Source: Phoronis australis (Eukaryota > Animalia > Phoronida). Taken from it: 64,000 nucleotides of DNA. The notes beneath the pieces are model-generated. The model searched no databases and was not told where the DNA came from. It saw only the letters and a list, made by a program, of their open reading frames with translations. Shown in pieces: positions 1-14,300 of the stretch. The stretch is from positions 366,393 to 430,392 of the forward strand of contig NMRA01000386.1 in assembly GCA_002633005.1 (NCBI GenBank), in the 5' to 3' direction. The translations under genes and the position numbers were made by a program. Position 1 is the first letter of the stretch, and every line of letters begins with the position of its first letter.

Positions 1-226
1 TGTTTAGAAAATCTACATTGCTTATTATTTATGGATGACAAGAACGAATTAGTCGCATCCATCTTAACTCTAGTATTGCAATCTACAATCTCTCTAATAC
101 TAAATTTCCTTCATTTTGTAGATGAGGGTCATCCTCAGTTTACCCTCACATGGAACTCAGCTGGTACTCTGAATGGGTCATGGCTGCAGTAAATGTGTAT
201 TAGCTGAGAGTAACATTTTATTCCAG

Positions 227-3200
227 TTGCGGTGATGCGGTCTGCACCATTGCGGCCAGCTCCACCTTCCCAGAGCCATTCATCACGCCGGCAGACCGCC
301 GTCGTCTCGGCTACGTTCACAAGTCCTTGGCAGGTTCGCGTTGTAGCGATCACGTGGCCCTACTGAATGCCTTTCAAGCCTGGGAGGAAGCCAGGTACGT
401 CTGACCTGGTAGTAGGTTGGAGTTCGTGTATAGCAATTTTTAAATTAAGCACCCTAAGCAACGTTGAAATTCAGTGAAGTTTCGATGCACAAAGCTGCCA
501 CTGAGCATCCATTTCTTTACATCAAATTCCTAAATCTTGACAAAAATCCACACTTCATCAAAATAACTTTTACCTTGCATAGGTGTAGTAATGTCACATT
601 ATTTTCGGATTTAAGTTGAACAAAACTTCTCTTTTCTTGCAACTAAAGTTCGACTAAACTGCCAAATATTTCGGGCGAGATTTTTCAAATTAGGCTAGAG
701 TTCTGTCAGTCTATTGGTTTATGTTGAAAACGAGACATGTATAATTTACTTTTTGATCTCTGATAGTGATGCTGGTCTTTTCCTTAGGCTACTGGAATGA
801 TGTTTTTGATTGCATGAAACGGATGAACTGGAATAAACGTTTTCTTATTTTACTCAAAAATATGTAATCTTTCGTTCTCAAATCTGCTCACATCTTTGAA
901 TCTGGCAGTTATCACAGTTGATGCATATTCATGGTTATGACTGTTCCATTGAGCGTTATTATATTATATTATTATATTATATTATTTTTTTCTTGGCTGT
1001 GTGTAGGAGTGGCGGTGAACAGTCTGAGCTGGCATTCTGTGAGGCCAAGTCTCTGTCAGTTCCAACTCTCAGGATGACATTTGAAGCAAAGGTAAGTATC
1101 ATATACATTGTTTATTTTAGGTTTAGTTGCTATATTGTAAATAATATGGTACGAAAGTTTCCAGAAAGTGACAATGAATACATCATTCTGTACAAACAGT
1201 GCTATTACTTCACTAGCACACACTAGTGAGTTTTTGAGTCCCCCGTCTGGCCCTTTGCGACTCATTTTGCTAAATGTTCAGAGCTTTCTCTCAACACTGC
1301 ATTCAGTTTAGTCACGTGTATGTTACTTCTGCTCCTTTAGCGCCAGCTGGAGGACATTCTCATAAACACTGGGTTCCCTGAGGAGTGCGTCATGCCACAG
1401 GTGTTCAACTTTCACGGACCTGACAGCAACTTGGACATGGTATGTTGTGCTATACATCAAACAAATAAGTATGACTGAACGTTTAGTTAGTAGTTGTCTG
1501 GGTATTTATTTGGTTCTGCAGTTTTTTGCACCATTTATTCTTCAGACACAACAAATTGTGTTTCTCGTGTTATGCTCTAAAATTACTTCTCCTACTTACT
1601 AACTGTTTGGTTCTCTTCAGAAAAACTCATCACTCCTCCCCATTATTACGCAGCAATAGTCGGATATAACGTGCCCGTACTTTGAGAATCAGTTTTATGG
1701 CTGTTATTCAAATGAGAAAAGTGGTTCTCAAAATTTGGGCACATTATACCCTACTGTTACCTTACTTCGCAACCAGTTTTCATAAGTCTATCCGTCCATT
1801 GCTGAAGGGCTCCTTAAATTTTGCAATGCTCTCTATTTTTTTTTTTTTAATCTCAGCTGTTGTTATTAGTTCCTTTGTTTTCAAGGTGACGACCTTGTTG
1901 ACCCTTGGCCTTTACCCTAATGTCTGCTACCACAAGGAGAAGCGTAAGGTGCTGACACAGGAGAGCAAGGCTGCGCTGATCCACAAGTCTTCTGTTAACT
2001 GCTCCAACAGAGAACAGATGTTCCCCTCGCCCTTTTTTGTATTTGGTGAAAAGGTGAGTGTTGATTGGCTACAGTCAAGGGTGGATACGACCTCTGTTAA
2101 CATGAACTTAACATAATCGTGTGCAACCTTGAGGCTGCACTCATCCACAAGTCATGTACCTTCTGCTCTAAATTAGCAATTGCTTTTCTTGCATATCTTT
2201 GTGCAAAAAGGTGGGTCGTGATGGTTGGTTTTAGCCTAGGTTACGACCTCTGTTCACCCTGGGAATTTTATTTTTAATTAACATGTGTTGCCAGAAGGTG
2301 GCGCTAATGCACAGGTCATTGTAAGGCATACATATTAAAGCAATGGAATGGAGCAAAATGAGATAGATGATTCCTGTGGGCATCCACAATTTTAGGAGTT
2401 CTTTTAATCTATGTCTGTGCTTATCATCGGATAGCTGACCAGATGTCTTACAGGACTATAGATACAAAAGTTTCTTTCAGAATTCAAATCAAATGTCAGA
2501 TCTGTTATCTGGTCATTTATCTTGCGAACACTATCAAAAAGTTGTCGGACAAGATGAACTGGACCATCCTGTCATGGTGGTTATTCACATGTGGAAACCT
2601 TCCATCAAGATGGCCTTTTGTCAAGACCGGGAAGGATGTGAAATTTCTCCTCAGAATTTGACTTTATTATTATTTATTTGATTTCATTAGAATGTTTCTG
2701 GAATGATGAGTCATCCACCTAAATTTTTAATGTTTATCTCCTTCTGTTCATCCAGATCCGTACGAGAGCCGTCTCGTGCAAACAGATGACGATGGTGACC
2801 CCATTACAACTGCTTCTGTTTGGAGCGCGTAACGTCAAGTCACAGGACGGGCTTATTGTTCTTGACGACTGGTGAGTGGTTGTATGCATTATGCATGAAG
2901 CAGTGCCAGTGAAAGACAATTAAAATTAGATTCATCGATTGTTTACTATATTTTGGAAAACTGACATGCCGGTGTTGAAGATAATAATGATTTTGTAGGA
3001 AATTTTCTGTAATAAAAGTACAATTTGGAAAAGTTGCCTTGACACCAAGATTTCTCCTAATTCCTCCATGTTCTGTTCATAGCTGTCAACAATATAGAAC
3101 ATTCTACATTAAGCTTCTCTAGAACAGGTTTTTGTGTGTAGTACAGCTGGCTTCAACAAACCCACTATGATATTTTGAGCATTTTTGGCAATACAGCGAG

Positions 3201-5349
3201 TATGGAAAAATGAAGAAAGGGCAATTTTGGTCATTGTGTTTGTTCAAATTTGAGGTCACTTTTCCGTAGTCAGTTGTAAAGACAGTAAATATTTATCTCT
3301 TCATCATTAGGCAAAAATGAAAATGAGGCAAGACTAAAAATTGATTAAATACTCAGTAAGAAGTATAAGTGTGACAAGACATTAAAAAGTACATGTGCAA
3401 TCTGAGTTTAGTTTTGACATTACTGCCCTCTGTAGGATCAACTTGAACATGCCTCACGACCAAGCTGCACGACTGGTCACCCTACGGCCAGCCTTGGAGG
3501 CACTCATTGTCCGCGCCACGGTGGAGCCTGAGGGTGTGGCTGAGCCCAGCCCCGAGGATGGACAGCTGATGCAGGTGGTGCGGAGTATCTCACGGCCCAG
3601 CGCTGGCACGCACGGTGTGGAGAACAATTATACTGGCAAGGAGGGTGCAGGGTGAGTTGTGTGGTGCACAATAGGTGGCGTTAGCAGCTGATTTGAAGAT
3701 GGGGAGAAACCAATTTATGGGCACTACTGGCCCTGTCTTGCAAAAATCTGTTGGCTGCTTCTGCTTGCACATGGAATGAAGAAAATCTGCCCATACGGGG
3801 TTTATTTCTGAGGCTTTTCTTGCAGTGAGACACTCTGTGTACAGATAGAGTGATAATCCTAATTATTATTACTTGAACGTGCTGTTGGGTTTAAATGAGG
3901 AAAAATGAAATGAGGGCAGACTTGTGGACAGCATTTTGTCACAATGTCGCTGTCCTGATACATTGTTTAACAGCAGCATGTGAAACTTAAGAATTTAATT
4001 TTGTTCCAATAATAAAAATAGAAGATGAAATCAAAAATCGGCACTGTTTGTTTTGGTCAGTTGATGTAGTGATGCGTCATTTCTTAAACTGTCCATATTT
4101 TGTAAAAGAAAAAGTCACCTGGTGCTTAGTGAAATGAATTGGTAGCCTTTCTTTTTTCACCCCATTAATGCCTGCTGAAATGGCAGCGCTACCTAGTGTG
4201 TGCTTCAGGTTTCAAAATCCATCAGACACAGACCATAAGGGTTTATGTCTTTTTGGCATCACCGATTTTCATAATATATGTCTGTTAGCTCCATGGAGCT
4301 GAGCACAGCGATTGGACAAATTCCAGTGGCATACAGCAGCGCCACCTAGTGTAGTCTAGTTCAAATCGTTTGTGGGTCACAAAGTAACATCTCTTCTCTT
4401 GATGTTTTGACATTCATGCAAAATTTTTATTAGTCTTTGAAATTTCAAATGATGTATCGGTTTCGAAAAAAACATGGCCTTAGCTTGATTTACACGGTGC
4501 TTTGTTGAGTTTGTATGTCTAGTTACTATACCTTGCATGTCTAGTTACTACATCTTAGGAATTGTAGGTGTCATGAGAACTATCTATATGAACAAAGTGA
4601 TTAAATTAACAAAACGTTTAGTTGGTTCTGGTGAGTAACTTGCTTACACCAGTTTCAGCTCTGAGTAGAACAAATGCAGGCCACAGTGACCTGCCAAGTA
4701 TTGCATAAGTATGACAACTCGTCCCACTGTCTTGCATGCACAAGTATCTCCAGCCCCCCCCCCCCCNCGAACACAGCAGAGAATCAGGACATTTTGTCTG
4801 AATACTCTTAGCCTGTACTGTACCTCATCATCACATCAGTGATCGAAAATACCGCCGACCACAACCAATCATACTATTTCGTCTCTACATGTATTCATTA
4901 AACTGAAATATTCCACTTCTTGATATGCAGCACCTTTGTCAGTGATATTTTCCACCGTTAATCTTTTGATAAATCAAGTCACTCTGTGTATTTTGTGTCC
5001 AAGTTTTTTTGTCTGTATTTTCAGTATGGCTGGCGGAATGTCACCTTCTCAACGAGGTCGATTCTCGCGTGGGGGTAACTTCCGAGGAGGATTCAGGGGT
5101 GGTTATGGTGGCGGCGGCGGACAAGGTGGATTTGGCAACCGCAGTGGATACGGTTACGGTAACCGTGGGGGTTTTGACAACCGCGGCGGATTTGGAGGAA
5201 GAGGGGGTCACAGAGGTGGTGGATTTAGAGGCGGTCGTGGCGGATTCGATGGAGGTGGTCGAGGATTCGGCCGAGGCAGCTATGGGAGAGGTGGAGGACC
5301 GAGTTTTGGCGGTTCCCGTGGGGGCAGGGGAAGATTCCAGCCTTACTGA
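227..5349 (+). CDS. DHX9: ATP-dependent RNA helicase A (DHX9/maleless), 3' part: HA2/OB-fold region and RGG tail; 5' exons lie upstream of the window
   Basis: GT-AG exons 227-394, 1007-1091, 1341-1439, 1886-2053, 2756-2871, 3436-3651, 5025-5349 (TGA) join in frame. Peptides [107 protein letters not shown] and a Gly/Arg/Tyr-rich RGG C-terminus match the DHX9 C-terminal sequence as I recall it. Confidence 0.96.
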
Positions 5350-8340
5350 GTCGATCTCAAAGGACGGAGAATGTAAAGACTGAAGTTTAGTCTTGAAGGT
5401 GAACTGTATAATGCATGGATTGTCGTGCATATAGCAGAGGGTGAATGGAAGAGCTAGGTGTTTGCTTGAGATCAAATTGTCCACAATGTATAAATGCATG
5501 GTCCTGTCTTGGCTAGTTGGGGCAGAGAAAATGTTCCAGTCGTTGTAAAGTTTCCTTTTTATCCATTTTATTTTTGAGAGAACATTAAGTGGATGTAACA
5601 ATTTTAGAATTTAATTTTTTGCTTCTTTTCCACGGTTTTGAAACTTTAGTGTTAGCAAGATGTTGGAGACTAGCAGACGTTCTTAGCGAGGAAGTGATTT
5701 TGTCAGGGGAAGTAATTTTACTGTATTACGACAGGAGATAAGAACAGCTTTGAGTGAAGGCATCCCAAAATAGGGTTCAGTAATCTGAATGTGAACTGCG
5801 TTGTCCAATATGATGTAATAGGGGGGTGGGCTTTAAATCATTAAATACCAGTGAAATTATGAGTGATGCTCAAGTGCTTCAAAATACTGGAGTTACAGCA
5901 AATTGTTTTTATTGAGCATGATTTGGCGTCATCATTAACTCAAGTGTGTTTGTTGTGTCAATGTCTAAACAACTGAAATGCCGTATGGGAAGGATATATG
6001 GTTCTATACATTTTTCAGGTCCTTATTTTTAGTTGAATTTGGATTGCTTTTTAGAGCCCCAGAGGATATGAACCCTGTCTCTTGAAGTGTCCTTCATTTT
6101 GTTGTAATGATATGAAAAATGTCGTGCGTTTAATCTTTTCTGTTGTTACAGTGAGATTTTTGACAAAGTTCCTGTTCTCATAGGTTTTGTTGTTACTGAG
6201 AATGTAATAAAGAATTTTGTTTACTATTGATCTACGTCTGTGTCGGTACATACGTCATGTATGGCTGACTTGTATGGGCAAGTAAGTGGGAATTTGTCCG
6301 AGTGAGCCCATTTTTAAAAAGTTTGATATTAAAATTGATCAAGAGTCCAGGTATACAATACTGGATGTGGCCATAAGGCCTTGCAAATGTCCACTTATTA
6401 TTGTAATCATCTGTGTGTGATGGTCATCCAGTATTGATTTATGTCTTCAGCAACCTGACAATTGATCATGATTCCGTCTTGCGCATCAATTATATGGCAT
6501 GAAATTTCACAAACGGTTAAAAGTGTATTTAAGCTGAGTTATAGCTAAAATACCTTTAACGACATTTTGGACTGTTGTTTTGTACACCACTGCATTCAAG
6601 AAGTTAATTCCCTTCAAAATGTGAACAAATTCGTCCAAACCACACCTGTAAAGTTATGTAGGACCTTATTGCAACCACAAAACTACAGATTTTAACCCAG
6701 CAAAAGTACACCAGTAGACCACTCAGAACCACACCATTCCGACATTAATTGGGTCACGTGACCATACCTTTTTAGTTCAATTTGGTAAAAAACTATGTCT
6801 ATTGCAGTGCCAGCAACGACCAAATTTTGTTTAAATGTTCAAGATGAAATCTCAATAACTCTGTTACAGTTAGAATCTTTTCGATTTCATTTTGAACGAC
6901 TTTTTAGTTTTTTCATAAGTCTTGTATTTTGAAAGATTGCCCTTTGAAAGTGTAAATTTCGGAAGTATTTTCCAATATTTTGGACAATGAATAAATTGTG
7001 GTGTCTGAAAGTTTCATATGAATTGGATTAGCCATTTCTGAGATATGATGCTTGAAAATTTGCCAAATTTGACCATTTTTTAGGAACCTACATAACATTA
7101 ATAAAAGATGCAAGTGAAATCGTAATGATTGAAATTGACACGAGACCTAAAGCAAAGCACCCGTAACAATGGACATAAACGTAATATCTTTCATGGCCGT
7201 TTTTTAATTACTTCCATTTGTACGTTTTTGCCATGATTTTCTTACCAAGATTTTCACTCTGTTAACATAAATTATTTTGACCCAGCTTGTAAGGTAATCA
7301 TTTTTTTTTATTGCAGTGACGTTAAGTTTATTTGAAATATGACATTACATTTTTTACCTCCATTTTGAATTTGTCAGTGCTCGAGTAATTTGAACAAAAA
7401 GGTCTTGAATATTTTGCAGGCCTGTGGACGATACCTTAAGGTTACTCAGAAAACTTTTATGATTACAGTTCATCGATAATACTTGTCAAAAAGGGTTCAC
7501 CTGCTTGAGAAGTGCTCGAACTGAGACCGTGTCCCTCAGGTTCGGATTTATATGGCAAACTTTGCACCACTGACTTGGATACCGTCCCTTCATAGTAAAA
7601 CACAGCCAACTTGGTCATTCAGTCGAAAGATTAGAAATCGATCATATTTTCTGGATTACCTCTTGGAAACAATGCTTCATTTTTCCCAAATGAAACTCCA
7701 TTGGTTTACTAACACCAAACAGCGAGTATATAAATTCATAAACACCACAAACTCAAAGTGAACTGACAGCTCTGCATGTCTACACTTTTTGATGACTGAA
7801 CCAATTTCTGTGATTGAAAAACTGCATTCTTTCACATTTCTTATACAGTGTATGATCTTTGTGGTTAAAGTGCTACTTAAGTGCATGTAAAAATATATGA
7901 ATCGTGAATGCCAGCATTAATTGCGTCCAGCTTTTGAGGGCATATAACATAACTCTTAGTGGAAATGCACACCCACCAAAGCAAAACCCAGTCATTACTA
8001 ACATGCGCTGTGTGTGTTATTTGTTGGATACTTCATCCTAAATGTATGCAGAGTGCAACTGGTTAGCCAATGTTGGAAATTCACCACAAGTCCTTTATTT
8101 CGTAAATTTAGTCACAATTCTTCCAAATTTAAAATGACGTGAGAAATTTGCTCATCAATTAAGAAGATGGTACAAAAAAGTGTGACGTTTTATTCAATTT
8201 TTCCATTCTCACAAACATGTAAAATTTCAAGCATCAAGTGCGGCTTTGCATATTAAAAGCCACAGAAATGTGTATCACAGAAATTCTAAATCTGCCAGAG
8301 AGAAGATGATCACTGACGAATTTCAGTTACAGAATCCGTC

Positions 8341-11300
8341 TTATTCTGTTTCCATAACATCGAGCGAGCTTGATACCTTACAATCATCATATTGTGACGA
8401 TTCATTTTGCCGGTCACAATCACTTTCACCGGGAATTTCATCAGACTGCCTGGTGGTCACATGTTCATTCATACCGACATTTGGACTAGAGGTGACGGAC
8501 AGTCCCTTGTGTGAGGTGTGATAGTGTCTCTTCATGGCCTTCACAGACTTGAAAGTACTATCGCAGACGGGACAAGGAATTTCTTGGTTAAAGTGTGACT
8601 GCCGGTGTTCGGCTAGGCATGCTTTCCTGGCGAACCACCGATTGCAGATATCACATTGGTGTTGCTCCCCTGTGTGTTCACCGTGTTTGTTGGCCCGATG
8701 TACTAAGTAGTTTTCGCGTTGCATAAACATGGTGCCACAGACTTCGCACACTGCTGGATTCTTTAACTTGCTGCTAGAAGTCATGTGACTTTGTTCCACA
8801 TGATCAGACAGCTGATTGATGAGGTCGAAATGGACTGAACAGATTTTACATTTGTACGTCTTCAGGGACTGAGACGACATGGCTGAGGTGCATCTTAACT
8901 CAGGTACACATACTTTGCAAGAGTGAGGCTCCTCGCCAGGCGTGGCGTGTGACGTATTAAGGTGTTTACACCTATCGAGAGCGCATTTGAATCTTTCACC
9001 ACACTTCATACACTTGTATACGAACGTGCGAGTCTTCACATGCTCCAATCGCTTGACATTAGTTCCACAAACGTGCTCGGCTCGCTCTTTGTCTGTCGCG
9101 CAAAGCACTTTACATTTCGTGCACTTGGTTTTTTGATTCAGCATCAGGGAGTCCTTCTGTGTACAACTAGATTCGTGACTGCGGCAGCTCACTTGGTCTA
9201 CAAAGCGACAGCCGCATACACTGCAAGGGTACGGCTTCTCACTTGCACTGCAACTAGCCTGGTGGCTTATACATTTTGCCCTTTTGACAAAACTGACACC
9301 ACACACTCCGCATTTGTAAGAGTTGCGCAGTCCACATTTCGCCTGGTGTATAGTACGGCTATCGTTCTTCACAAAGCCACGGCCGCATTTGATACACTTG
9401 TACCGTCGCTCAGTCTCCGGCACGTGATAGCGCTTGTGAGCTTTCAGCGCAGATGCGCTGACATATCTTTGACCACACGTGTCGCACACAAATGGCCGGT
9501 AGCCCGTGTGCTGGCGGTAGTGCATCTGGAAATGCTGGTATCGTCGGAACTGTCGGCCACATTGGTCGCAGCAGAAACTCTTCGTTCCCGTGTGTGTGCT
9601 CTCGTGCTCCTCCAGGATCATCTGGGTTCGGCACGGCAGTCCACACTCGCGGCACTTGTACTTTTTCAGGGAACGGTGTTTCTTAGATGTATGCTGGTAG
9701 AGCTGTTTGAAGGTGCTAAATGTTTCCCCACACACGACGCATGTGGTTGTGTCCTGGTGGTAGACCATGTGCGCCATCTTGTGNACACTTGTACCGTCGC
9801 TCAGTCTCCGGCACGTGATAGCGCTTGTGAGCTTTCAGCGCCGATGCGCTGACATATCTCTGACCACACGTGTCGCACACAAATGGCCGGTAGCCCGTGT
9901 GCTGGCGGTAGTGCATCTGGAAATGCTGGTATCGTCGGAACTGTCGGCCACATTGGTCGCAGCAGAAACTCTTCGTTCCCGTGTGTGTGCTCTCGTGCTC
10001 CTCCAGGATCATCTGGGTTCGGCACGGCAGTCCACACTCGCGGCACTTGTACTTTTTCAGGGAACGGTGTTTCTTAGATGTATGCTGGTAGAGCTGTTTG
10101 AAGGTGCTAAATGTTTCCCCACACACGACGCATGTGGTTGTGTCCTGGTGGTAGACCATGTGCGCCATCTTGTGGCACTCGTAGAAGAAAGTCTGGGGAC
10201 ACATTTCACATGAGATTTTCTTGCCATGCACGATGCGCTTATGTGCTTTTAGACTGACCGAGCTGCGGAAACCTCGGTCACACTCGTCACATTTAAATGG
10301 CATTTCCTCTTTCTTAACTTCCAAACGGTTCAAGAACAGGCCCGGTTTTGGCATGATTTTAACTGGAGTGCGCCCCACTGCGGGTGATCCATTCTTGACA
10401 CTCCTGGATGCCCGAGCAGGTGTAAACACCATCGGAGTGCGAGGTGTACTGACACCAGCCACCGATGGTTGCGCAGATGTCAAGATAATCTGACCCGGGT
10501 TGACAGTCATATTTGGTAATACCGTTCCAGGTGGCAGCAAGATGAACCGTGATGTACTTGCTGACCCCTGTGATGTACTTGCTGACCCCTGTGATGTACT
10601 TGCTGACCTCTGTGATGCACTCGAAGACCCTCGTTGATCAACCATAAAGTTTTGCTTACGTTTTGCCTTATTTAGCCTTGTCACTTTTATTTTGGCCGCC
10701 CGACCACCTGCGTTACGCTTAGCATAGTCATGCTCAATAAAGTCCTCAGGTGCAGCAAAATTAACTGGCTTCCTGTCGTGATGAAAAACACTCCACATTT
10801 TACCTTCCCCGTATGGCTGTTTACTTTGCACACACGTTCTTAAATTAACACCATCCACAGCCTGGCCTCTAACCAGATCTATCATTTTGTGTTTCTCCTC
10901 CACAACTGAGACTGGTGTCTCCAACGTGTTCAATGTGTTCACCTCCTTATCCCTAACTCGTAGGTGACCCTCATGTTGAGTCATGCCATGTTCCCCTTCG
11001 TTCATCTGGAGCAGGTCGTTGGCAGCAGCAGCTGACTTCACAGGTGTTGGGGAATATTTGTCCGACACCTGCTGACGTTCACTATTGTGAAATCGAATCA
11101 CATTCATAACCAGGTCACCAGGTGGCTCTGTGCTCAGCGAGGAGTTGCGAACATCGCGAGGGCAAGCGGGAGCTTCTAACTGGCCGACCATTGATCTGTT
11201 TATATCAACATTAGTCTGTTTTGGCCCAGAGTGGTTGGCCTCGTCATCCTGAAAGAAGATTAGTTAAAAAACTGTCATTCCCTCATTAACTTTCTTACCA

Positions 11301-14300
11301 GCAGAGGTTCCATTAGGATTAACGGCAAGTCTTATGAACTCAGTTCTTTTCTCATGAACCTCATATATACAGACAACATGGCTGCATTTCTTTTCTCATG
11401 AACCTCAGCTACAACAGTCATCAACATGGCTGCAGTTCTTTTCTCATGAACCTCAGCTCCAACAGTCACATATACAGTCAAGATGGCTGCTTTAACACAA
11501 AAATAAAATTAAGTCCTACTTCCACAGACCCTCCATATCCGTGCAAATAATGGCACAGATCAATTTACAAAACATATTTGCTCATTACATCTAAAATTTT
11601 ACTGTTTGACATGGAATTCTTAAAACACTAATGGCTACACTGGTTAAAGTGGCCTGTAACAGTGAACTAAGCCAATCTGGAGTCATATCATAATAGTAAT
11701 TGTTCAAGTGAAAACAGCATCGTTTGTAAGGAATGAAGTACAGTACATGAGAAAAGAACTGAATTCATAACGAACCATGGAACGCTGTCATTCACAATGT
11801 TCAGTTAATTCCCAAAGAAGTGAGTACTGTGTTTGGCGTCCTTGGTTATATTCTTTCTGAATAATTCCATCATACTTAGGTCACAGTTTCTATAAGAATG
11901 GTAGCATTTATTCTGCAACGAGCATCAGACTGAAAAATGAAGTAGTGGCGACTTAACACTTTACAGGTTGCAAACACTTTTTAAAGTACAATCGCTAGAG
12001 ACAATTAATTAAAAATTGACCATAGGGGCTCAAACTTTAGCATAGTGGTCAAATTTCAGTGTGGAGGCTCCAAATTTGAGTGTGTCCAAAAAGCCTATTA
12101 AGAGTTGTGACAGAGTGTGTGAGCAAAGAAATTGAAGACTGTACTTGTAAACCTGTTGACTGGTCTTTGCAACCACTAGGTGGCGCAGGCAACAAGCTGC
12201 CATCTGACCTTTCATATACAGCAATTTCTCCATTCTCGTCAAAGTTTTCATCTTCTTCAGACTGAAACATCAATAGCAAAAGATGGAAACACTAAATTAT
12301 AATAATGCGATTACCATTATTTGAAATGGGCTTTATTAGTATGACATCATTTTGAACAAAGTCAAATAAAATTTAAGAGTCTAAATAAAAGAGTAATAAT
12401 AATTTATATTAGATTTTACACAGCACTTCAAACCACTAAGCACTTTGAAAATTACTTCTGGGCTATGGACCTGGCACAACTTTACCCTCCTCAACTCCAC
12501 GGGAGCATGAATGAAACCCGATAATCCAACACAATGCTGTAAAAGTTTCAAAAACTAAAATCCCCCGTGGCTACCTAAATGGGAAATTTTCCAACACCGA
12601 TGAAATTTTATACAAAATGATGTGACTGTGCAGTTAAAGTCTTATTTGTGGATCCAAATCACACCATTATAGTGCTAGCACATTAATGAAATACAACTTG
12701 TTGCTGATATGGTGATGCTGTAGTTCATTCTATGCTTTTGTATGGAGGTAAGCATTACCAAGATTTCTATGAATTATAAAAAATAACTCTTCCACCCGCA
12801 TAGAAATGTGTACATTAACAGTTCTAAGTTTGGTTAGAATACCACCTGTGACTACATCACGTGACATACAAGTCTGAAAAGACTTCTGCTCCAACCAAGA
12901 CTCGAGCCTGGGACCTTCAGCTAACCGTGCAGATGCTCTAGTCAGAAATAGTCTTGGTGGCTCAGTTTTGGTGGTGTGGTGTCTATGAATTGTTTATAAC
13001 CATCATTTCTCATGTTGTTCAGTGGGATTATCATATGATTCAGGAGAAAATGTCCAATCTCTCAAAATGTCCATTAAGGAAGGGAATTGCATGGTGTACC
13101 TCCCAACTTGGCCCATTTTGCATACACAGTGCCCTCATTAACATCGCCAATTGCCTAAAGTAGCTAACGCATGTCTTAACACTAGTTACAAAGAATTATC
13201 CTTATGCACTGCATACAGTACTAGACTACTGGACATACTTTGTGCTTTTTCTTAGCCCAAATTCCAACAGTGTCTTGTGGTGAACCACAGAATCCCATGA
13301 ATCCCATTCTTTGCTAAATACTGTGTGATCATCCTTGCATTTGCCACAAGCTAATCCAAGTCCTATCCTACACAAAGCTTGACCGTGAAGTGCGGACTTT
13401 TCACTAAATAAAACATTCTGATGCTGACAATCTACATCATCTTAAAGTGGTTCTAACCTCAAGGGGAACGTTTTATTGTTTGAGGTAAATTCTTTAGCTT
13501 GAATTTTTAAATGGCGGAATGGAAGGAATACAATATTGGGATGAAGAATTGAAGAATTGAGAGCCCTGATACCAGTATTACAATATAAAATTGAATTACG
13601 CGAAAACTGCATGTCAAATATCCCGTATTAGCCACACACTTTGACCACATTGCCAGCATAATTCAGTAATAAAGGATTTCACTGTTCAAAAAGGTCACAA
13701 GTCTGTAGCCTAGAAAACTGATTTTTATCTCAGCTCGTTAGTATGATGACAAAATGTTCAAAAATCTATCAATAGTGTTAGAAAAACAGAGATGAAAAAG
13801 TGTTGAAAAACCGCTATAAAGTTTCAGTATAATCAAAAACGTTTTTCAGATAGCCACACTCAGTCAAAACCCTCACAGTTGCAGGCGGTATGATATAAAC
13901 AGAAGAAAAAATGTCACAAAGACTTCTTTAAATATACTCACCGCTCTTTCTAATTTAACAGATAGTAGTTCCATTTGCTCTGGTACTACACCTGGCTCTA
14001 GGACTCCACAGTTTGCTGACTTCTGGCCTGAAGACAAGGCCAAGGGGGCAGGAACAGATTTGTAATTTCTTGACACTTTCATTTTCAGATCTGTTATAAG
14101 TCCATGTATAGATGACAAAATTCTGTCGCACTGGTGACATATGGCACCACTGGTGATATGCACCTGGAAAACATCGGATGTAAACTTACAGCACAAAATA
14201 CAAATTTCATACCATTCTCGTTTTGGATTAATAGCAACCCGGGGTCTCTTCCATTCCCCTCAAATGAGCGACAGTTAGTATGCAAGTATGGTAACACATG

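Noticed and set aside
5009-5601. Ser/Thr-rich 186-aa minus ORF and 124-aa alternative-frame ORF
   Set aside because: By-products of the low-complexity RGG exon of DHX9.
8962-10493. Long plus-strand ORFs (296 aa, 148 aa and others), and similar ones at 34231-35959
   Set aside because: Antisense shadows of the zinc-finger coding exons; no independent motifs.
12870-12940. Functional tRNA genes here and at about 17564, 36790 and 62380
   Set aside because: Only partial A/B boxes and no complete acceptor stem; more consistent with SINE relics.
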